Origin: an uncultured Desulfatitalea sp.
GTDB lineage: Bacteria > Desulfobacterota > Desulfobacteria > Desulfobacterales > Desulfosarcinaceae
Length of the DNA: 64,000 bases
Direction: 5' to 3'
Assembly: GCA_963668675.2 (NCBI GenBank)
Contig: CAXXMB010000002.1
Coordinates: 1,888,001-1,952,000, forward strand
The translations under genes and the position numbers were made by a program. This document shows positions 57,913-64,000 of this stretch, piece by piece; positions within the stretch are counted from its first letter, which is position 1, and the number at the start of each line of letters is the position of its first letter. The notes under the pieces are model-generated. The model saw only the letters and a list, made by a program, of their open reading frames with translations. It made no database searches and had not been told where the DNA came from.

Positions 57913-58451
57913 AGATCGTTACGGCCGATGGTTTTGAATTCAAATTCGCAGATGCAGTGGATGCTTTCGTATTTGACGAAACAGACAGAACGAAGCCGAC
58001 CTATCATGGCGCACCCATGAAAGGGGTTGATGTCGTAGCTGAATTTGAACAAGCTTATCTCTTCATAGAACTGAAAGACTACGATGACCCCACTCTTTAT
58101 GACATCATTAATGCTTCGACAGACGATGAAAAAAAATCACGGCAAGGTTATTTCAAGTGGCTGAAAAATTATCTTAAATACAAATACAGAGATTCCTATC
58201 TCTACCGCCACGCCGAACAGAAGGTGGAAAAACCCGTCCACTATATTTGCCTGCTTAACTTTGATAACGCGTTGAACAGTCTAATGCAAAAAAACCTGAA
58301 ACGGGAACTGCCGGTAGGTAAAGCATCGCGCCGTTGGTTGCGGGTCCTTGCCACCAGTTGCCAAGTTGTGAATGTTGACAAGTGGAATGAGAACTTCCCC
58401 AAATGGCCGGTGAGACGACTATCTGACGGAACTGTTCAAGAAGGAGCATAA
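57909..58451 (+). CDS. Putative PD-(D/E)xK nuclease-fold partner of the ATPase
   Basis: KGVDVVAE.....LFIELKDY (D...ExK) and KYRDS; ATGA-coupled to the ATPase. Confidence 0.65.
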   Translation: MKIVTADGFEFKFADAVDAFVFDETDRTKPTYHGAPMKGVDVVAEFEQAYLFIELKDYDDPTLYDIINASTDDEKKSRQGYFKWLKNYLKYKYRDSYLYRHAEQKVEKPVHYICLLNFDNALNSLMQKNLKRELPVGKASRRWLRVLATSCQVVNVDKWNENFPKWPVRRLSDGTVQEGA

Positions 58452-58459
58452 TAACCCTC

Positions 58460-61400
58460 GTGGAAACATCAAAACTAAAAAAATTCGCCCAGTTTGCTCG
58501 TCGCACTTTGATCGAGCAGATCTCTGCAAAGTTAAAACACGTGTTGGACACCGGCAGTGCGGCAAGGCGTGAACGCCCAGAAGCGATAAAACGGCTCGAA
58601 GAGCGCATCGCGATCAATAGTGAGGATCGGGTGGTCGAGCGGATTGCCTACATCTGGTTCAATCGCTTTTGCGCCCTGCGATTTATGGATGTAAACCGGT
58701 TTACCCGTATTGGTATCGTATCCCCTGCGGAAGGGCAATTCCAGCCGGAAATCTTGGCCGATGCCAAAATGGGGCATATTGACGAAGCGCTGATTGGTGA
58801 CAAAGCGCGACGGCAGATCCTTGACTTGCTTGAGGGAAAAGCACCCAGTCGTGATCCGCAGAGTGAAGCCTATCGGTTGCTGGTGGTTGGGGCCTGTAAC
58901 CATTGGCACCGGGCCATGCCTTTTCTGTTTGAACGGATTGACGATTACACAGAACTGTTGATGCCCGATGACTTGTTATCAGGCAACTCCATTCTGGCCT
59001 ACACCCGTGAGACCCTGACGCCCGACGTTTGCAAAGATGTGGAGGTGATCGGGTGGCTTTACCAGTTCTATATCTCAGAGAAGAAAGATGAGGTGTTCGA
59101 GGGGCTGAAGAAAAACAAAAAGATTACCCCGGAAAACATCCCTGCCGCCACGCAACTTTTCACCCCCCACTGGATCGTGCGCTACCTTGTGGAAAACTCC
59201 CTTGGTCGCTTGTGGATGCTCAACCACCCCAACTCAGGGTTGGTCGAGCAGATGGACTACTACATCAAACCCGCGCAAGCTGAAACCGATTTTTTGCGCA
59301 TCAACACTCCGGAGGAGATCAAAATCTGCGATCCGGCCTGCGGTTCCGGCCACATGCTCACCTATGCCTTTGACCTGCTCTATGCCATCTATGAAGAGGA
59401 GGGCTACGAGTCTGCAGACATCCCAGAAAAGATTTTGACCCACAATCTTTATGGCATAGAGATTGACGAACGCGCCGGGGCGTTGGCCGCCTTTGCCCTC
59501 ACCATGAAAGCCCGCGCACGCTCACGTCGGTTTTTCCGCAAGCCGGTGCAGCCCAATATTTGTGTTCTGGAAAATGTTCGATTTGAGAGCAGTGAGATCA
59601 AGAATTACATGGAGTTCATCGGGTCGAACCTTTTCACTGCACCACTCCGGGATACCTTGCGTCAGTTCGAAGAGGCCAAAAACTTCGGTTCGCTGATACG
59701 GCCGGAAGTCAAAGATGTGAACACCATTTTAGATATTCTTGAGGAAAAGAATGTATCAGGAGATATGTTTCTCAGTCCAACCCATCAGAAGGTGCTCCGG
59801 GTTTTGTGGCAAGTTGATTATCTGAGTCCGAAATATCATGTGGTGATCGCCAATCCGCCGTATATGGGTGCTAGTAATGCGAATAACCGCCTGAAATCCT
59901 GGCTTTCAAGCAACTATCAGGAAGAAAAAAACGACTTATTCGCTGCATTTATTGATCGAAACCTTTCACTTTCTCTGGCCAAGGGTTCCGTCGCAATGAT
60001 TACCATGCAAAATTGGATGTTCATTTCCAGATATGAAGGCTTCAGGTCGAAACTTCTTTCTCGGGGAACAGTTCTGTCCATGGCACATCTTGGAGAACGT
60101 GCTTTCGATTCGATTGGCGGGGAAGTTGTGTCGACCACGGCATTTGTGATTTCGACGCAGCCCAACCAAGATTTTCCTGGGTTTTATGTACGGCTAACTG
60201 AAGGCAGATCAGAAAAGGAAAAGTCAGAACTTTTAACTAATGCAGCAAACAATCCTGCGTGTGGTTATATGTTTAAAACCAGGATTGTTGATTTTCATAA
60301 AATACCTGGAAACCCTTTAGCTTACTGGGTACCTAACTCCTTAAGAGATGTTTTTGCAAGTCACCCATCATTTGACAGCGTACTTGAGGCCCGTGAGGGT
60401 TTGACCACAGGAAAAAATGACGATTACGTCAGGTTTTCATTTGAGGTCTCTACCTCCAAAGTGTACCGACATGCTGCAGACCGCCAGGAAGCGGTTGAAT
60501 CTCAGTGCAAGTGGTTCCCGTATAACAAGGGGGGCGAGAAAAGGAAATGGTATGGGAATGATGACTTCATCCTGTACTGGGAAAATGATGGCGAGATGTT
60601 GCAAACCCGAAAACACCCTTCAGGTGATCGCATCTGGGCTCATAACTTTAATCTCGACTTTATATTTCGGCCTTCAATTTCGTGGTCCGACATAACAACA
60701 AAAGGGTTATCCGCGAGACTTTTCCCAGAAGGATATCTATTTGATGCAACTGGTCTGAGCGCATTCAATCGGAAAGCCGATGATTGGAGGCCCTATGTGG
60801 CAGCCATTTGCAACTCAAAAGTAGGCACATTTGTTTCCACGCTTTTAAATCCTACATTGCATTTCAAGTCTGGTGATTTTTCCGAAATGCCACTCGTGCA
60901 TAAGGATCGTGATCTTGTTGAGAAGCAAGTGGGCATTGCTATAAAGCTAAGCATAACAGATTGGCACTCTTATGAAACCTCTTGGAACTTCACCAGCCTG
61001 CCTTTGCTGAATCACGACTACCGTCAGTCAGCTCTAAAGGCCACCTACCAGAAGCTCCGCGCACACTGGCGGGAGATGACACTGGAGATGCAGCGGCTGG
61101 AGCAAGAAAACAACCGCATCTTTATTGAAGCCTACGGTCTGCAGGATGAGCTGGATGAAAAGATTGAACTCAACCAAATAACACTGACCTGCAACCCACA
61201 CTACCGCTACGGCAACGACAAGAGCGAGGAAGAGGTGGAGGTGCTGCTTTCGGCCGATACCATACGCGAGCTGATCTCCTATGCCGTGGGTTGCATGTTC
61301 GGCCGCTACGCGCTGGATAAGCCAGGGTTGATTCTGGCTAATCAGGGTGAGACCATAGAAGACTATCTGAATAAAATTCCTGAACCGAGCTTTCCAGCCG

Positions 61401-61999
61401 ATGACGATAACGTCATCCCCATGCTCGATGGCGACTGGTTTACCGATGATATTGTCGAGCGCTTTCGTAAATTCCTACGCGTAACCTTTGGTGAGGAGCA
61501 TTACGAAGCCAACCTCAAGTTCATAGAAAAGGCTTTGGGTAAAAACGGCAAGGCCCAAAAAATCCGCAACTATTTTCTCAAAGAGTTTTACAGCGACCAT
61601 GTCAAACGATACAAGAAGCGCCCAATTTATTGGCTTTTCTCCAGCCCCAACGGGAGTTTTAATGCGCTTATCTATATGCACCGCTATCGTCCGGACACGG
61701 TGAGTGTAGTGCTCAACGACTACCTGCGCGATTTTCGCACCAAGCTTACCACCCATCTGGAACACCTTTCGCGGGTGGAAGCCAGTGCCGATGCCTCAAA
61801 AAGTGAAAAAACAAAGGCGCTGAAAGAGATCGAACGGCTGAATAAGATCACCGCCGAGCTTGACGCCTGGGAGCGTGATGTACTCTTTCCCTTGGCCAGC
61901 AAGCAGGTAAAGATCAACCTCGACGATGGGGTAAAGGTCAACTATCCTAAATTCGGTGAAGCCTTGAAAAAAATACCGGGGTTGAGTCCAACAAAATAG
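58460..61999 (+). CDS. pglX: BREX-1 adenine methyltransferase PglX (BrxX)
   Basis: LKKFAQFAR, YIWFNRF.ALRFM, IGWLYQFY, PAATQLFTPHWIV, DPACGSGH, NPPY, YKKRPIYW, LDDGVKVNY. Confidence 0.95.
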   Translation: METSKLKKFAQFARRTLIEQISAKLKHVLDTGSAARRERPEAIKRLEERIAINSEDRVVERIAYIWFNRFCALRFMDVNRFTRIGIVSPAEGQFQPEILADAKMGHIDEALIGDKARRQILDLLEGKAPSRDPQSEAYRLLVVGACNHWHRAMPFLFERIDDYTELLMPDDLLSGNSILAYTRETLTPDVCKDVEVIGWLYQFYISEKKDEVFEGLKKNKKITPENIPAATQLFTPHWIVRYLVENSLGRLWMLNHPNSGLVEQMDYYIKPAQAETDFLRINTPEEIKICDPACGSGHMLTYAFDLLYAIYEEEGYESADIPEKILTHNLYGIEIDERAGALAAFALTMKARARSRRFFRKPVQPNICVLENVRFESSEIKNYMEFIGSNLFTAPLRDTLRQFEEAKNFGSLIRPEVKDVNTILDILEEKNVSGDMFLSPTHQKVLRVLWQVDYLSPKYHVVIANPPYMGASNANNRLKSWLSSNYQEEKNDLFAAFIDRNLSLSLAKGSVAMITMQNWMFISRYEGFRSKLLSRGTVLSMAHLGERAFDSIGGEVVSTTAFVISTQPNQDFPGFYVRLTEGRSEKEKSELLTNAANNPACGYMFKTRIVDFHKIPGNPLAYWVPNSLRDVFASHPSFDSVLEAREGLTTGKNDDYVRFSFEVSTSKVYRHAADRQEAVESQCKWFPYNKGGEKRKWYGNDDFILYWENDGEMLQTRKHPSGDRIWAHNFNLDFIFRPSISWSDITTKGLSARLFPEGYLFDATGLSAFNRKADDWRPYVAAICNSKVGTFVSTLLNPTLHFKSGDFSEMPLVHKDRDLVEKQVGIAIKLSITDWHSYETSWNFTSLPLLNHDYRQSALKATYQKLRAHWREMTLEMQRLEQENNRIFIEAYGLQDELDEKIELNQITLTCNPHYRYGNDKSEEEVEVLLSADTIRELISYAVGCMFGRYALDKPGLILANQGETIEDYLNKIPEPSFPADDDNVIPMLDGDWFTDDIVERFRKFLRVTFGEEHYEANLKFIEKALGKNGKAQKIRNYFLKEFYSDHVKRYKKRPIYWLFSSPNGSFNALIYMHRYRPDTVSVVLNDYLRDFRTKLTTHLEHLSRVEASADASKSEKTKALKEIERLNKITAELDAWERDVLFPLASKQVKINLDDGVKVNYPKFGEALKKIPGLSPTK

Positions 62000-62015
62000 A
62001 GAAAGGATAGATTTA

Positions 62016-63899
62016 ATGGCAGGGGAATATGAAAGGGCCATCAGCATCAAAGACGCTATTGATGCCATCAACAATCGGGATCTTCTCTTACCTGCGATTC
62101 AACGAAAATTCGTTTGGAGCAGCCATCAGATATGTGTACTGTTTGATTCCATCATGCGCGGCTACCCCATCAACACCTTCATGCTGTGGCAGATCAAAAG
62201 CGACCATATCAAAAATGATTACAAATTCTATGAGTTTCTGAAGTCCTACTGTCAGCGATTCAATGAAGAAAACCCGCATGTGCCTACGAATGCCAACTTC
62301 AAGGACTTTAAGGCTGTCATCGATGGCCAGCAGCGATTGACCTCTCTATATATCGGTCTTTGCAGTACCTATGCATACAAACAGCCGCGCGTGTGGTGGC
62401 CGAGCACACGGGATGATGGGGTCTTACCGCCAAGAAAGCTCTATCTGGACCTTTTGCAGCCTGTAAAATCCGAAGATGATGAATCTTTGATGTACTACAA
62501 TTTCCGTTTTTTGACAGATAAACAGGTGCAAAGCTCAAAGAGCAGCGAAAAGCCATTAAATCATTGGTTCTGTGTTCATGAAATTCTGAGAATGCCACAG
62601 GTTGATGGGGGGCACCACGTCTGGAGTAAGGTCGTTCAGCCTTATCTTAAAAATGAAGGGTTGGCTGATAACGAATTTGCCCAGGATACGCTCTCTCAAT
62701 TTTATGACGTGATTCGAAATCAGAAAATCATTCATTACTTTAATGAAGCGAGTCAGGAACTCGACCATGTCCTTGATGTATTCATACGCACCAATAGCGG
62801 CGGCACCAAACTCGATTTCTCTGATTTATTGATGTCAATTGCCGTTGCCCATTGGAACGGCGATTTCCGCAAAGAGCTGGATGATGTCATTCACCACATT
62901 CATCAAAGCGTTGATATGGGCTTCTACCTTGAGAGGGACTGGATACTGAAAACCTGTTTGATGTTGACGGGTGTTGATGTAAGGTTCAAGGTTAAAAATT
63001 TCAATGCTGATCAGGTTGCCCATATCCAACGGGAGTGGTTATCCATAAAGGAGTGCATCAAGGCAACCTTCCTTCTTATCCGGCGCTTTGGTATTAATCC
63101 CCAGTCGTTGACTTCCAAAAATGCCGTCATTCCCATTTGCTATTATCTTTACAAAAAACAAAACGACAGCCAGCCACTCTATAAAACCATTAACAATTTG
63201 GCCAAATGCCACGAGCAGCGCGCCGCAATCAGTCAGTGGTTCTATATGGCCTTGCTTAAAGGTGTTTTTGGCGGCCAGGCGGATACCCTGTTGACCAGTA
63301 TGCGAGATGTGCTCGACAAGCACCTTGAAGATTCAGTATTCCCATTGCAAAAGGTTATTGACCGTTATACGGCTACCAATAAAGATCTTCGCTTTGATGA
63401 GGAGTATGTTGAAAGTTTGTTGAATATACAACATGGCGAAGGTCGCTGCAGGGCGCTGTTGCATCTATTGTTTCCGGAAATGAATGTTACCGAGATTTTC
63501 CATATTGACCACCTGCACCCCAGGAGTGCATTTGATAAGAAATGCCTTGCGCAACACTCCTTTCTTCAGGGCAATGATGATCTGTTAGCCTTCTATGGTG
63601 ACCAAACAAATTGGAACAGTATTCCCAACTTGCACCTGTTAAATGATTCTCAAAACATTTCGAAAAAAGATCGCCCCTTGAAGGATTGGATCGAGGATGT
63701 AAACATCCATCTTTCAGCAAAAGACCTACTGGCAGAAGATGTAAGTTTAGAATTCTCACAGTTTAAAACGTTTTACATAAAACGAAGATCAGCTTTAAAA
63801 AGCAGGCTGATTAGTCGTGTTTTTATGTCGGCGTCTTTGCCAGCCGAGGTGACACTGGATGACTCAGACGAAGAGGTGGTGGAAGAGGCCAGGATATGA
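62016..63899 (+). CDS. GmrSD-family (DUF262 + HNH/DUF1524) type IV restriction-like endonuclease, BrxU-like
   Basis: LPAIQRKFVW, LFDSIMRGYPI, IDGQQRLT, FIRTNSGG, HIDHLHP, NL.LL...N..K. Confidence 0.88.
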   Translation: MAGEYERAISIKDAIDAINNRDLLLPAIQRKFVWSSHQICVLFDSIMRGYPINTFMLWQIKSDHIKNDYKFYEFLKSYCQRFNEENPHVPTNANFKDFKAVIDGQQRLTSLYIGLCSTYAYKQPRVWWPSTRDDGVLPPRKLYLDLLQPVKSEDDESLMYYNFRFLTDKQVQSSKSSEKPLNHWFCVHEILRMPQVDGGHHVWSKVVQPYLKNEGLADNEFAQDTLSQFYDVIRNQKIIHYFNEASQELDHVLDVFIRTNSGGTKLDFSDLLMSIAVAHWNGDFRKELDDVIHHIHQSVDMGFYLERDWILKTCLMLTGVDVRFKVKNFNADQVAHIQREWLSIKECIKATFLLIRRFGINPQSLTSKNAVIPICYYLYKKQNDSQPLYKTINNLAKCHEQRAAISQWFYMALLKGVFGGQADTLLTSMRDVLDKHLEDSVFPLQKVIDRYTATNKDLRFDEEYVESLLNIQHGEGRCRALLHLLFPEMNVTEIFHIDHLHPRSAFDKKCLAQHSFLQGNDDLLAFYGDQTNWNSIPNLHLLNDSQNISKKDRPLKDWIEDVNIHLSAKDLLAEDVSLEFSQFKTFYIKRRSALKSRLISRVFMSASLPAEVTLDDSDEEVVEEARI

Positions 63900-64000
63900 A
63901 TACTCAAATTCGCTTAGCATTACTCAGGTTATTTGAAAAACACCGGATTGTTTTCTGGTACGATACCAAAAAAGAATTACGAGATGATTTCGAGGCGATC
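63896..64000 (+). CDS. pglZ: BREX phosphatase PglZ (BrxZ), 5' end only; truncated by the window
   Basis: MNTQIRLALLRLFEKHRIVFWYDTKKELRDDF, the typical RIVFWYD N-terminus; ATGA overlap; expected operon position. Confidence 0.85.
   Translation, partial: MNTQIRLALLRLFEKHRIVFWYDTKKELRDDFEAI

Larger units (their letters stand above)
34266..64000. mobile_element. tRNA-Glu-integrated genomic island (continues beyond the window)
   Basis: att fragment followed by phage/plasmid replication genes, iterons, defence genes and BREX; no housekeeping genes. Integrase and intact tRNA are not in the window. Confidence 0.8.

Noticed and set aside
56755..58451. PARIS, Septu or Gabija
   Set aside because: The partner shows no TOPRIM or HNH motif and there is no UvrD helicase; left unassigned.
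34971..64000. Intact prophage or conjugative ICE
   Set aside because: No capsid, terminase, tail, relaxase or T4SS genes in the window; cannot be excluded beyond it.

Overview
The window has two parts. Bases 1 to ~34,260 look like host chromosome of an anaerobic bacterium; a Desulfobacterota-like deltaproteobacterium is inferred from gene content only. This part carries an XRE-cupin regulator divergent from a LarA-family racemase / FrhB-like / IorAB / LutABC operon, a LIV-type ABC transporter with an M20 hydrolase, a radical SAM gene, a decayed IS110/IS1111-type element and other IS remnants. It also has a TAXI-TRAP transporter, acyl-CoA ligase and dehydrogenase, a broken TetR gene and an adenylate cyclase-STAND-TPR protein. 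At 34,266-34,312 there is only the 3' half of a tRNA-Glu(CTC) gene, the signature of an att site. Everything to its right looks like an integrated genomic island. The island has a replication region (P4/D5-type helicase, a degenerate ATPase, primase-polymerase/DnaB fusion, Rep-like protein followed by 21-bp iterons), small cargo genes and gene remnants. It ends in a type I BREX locus (brxA-brxB-brxC-pglX-pglZ, running off the window) with a nested ABC-ATPase/PD-(D/E)xK pair and a GmrSD-like gene. The best candidate for an undescribed system is an AT-rich two-gene unit at 43,477-45,403. The first gene fuses a TIR domain to a copy of RpoD (sigma70) region 4 whose -35-reading residues are replaced by acidic ones, a possible integrated decoy for phage anti-sigma factors. 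The second encodes an HsdR-N-type nuclease fused to a SeqA-like domain. All family assignments come from motif recognition by eye; no searches were run.
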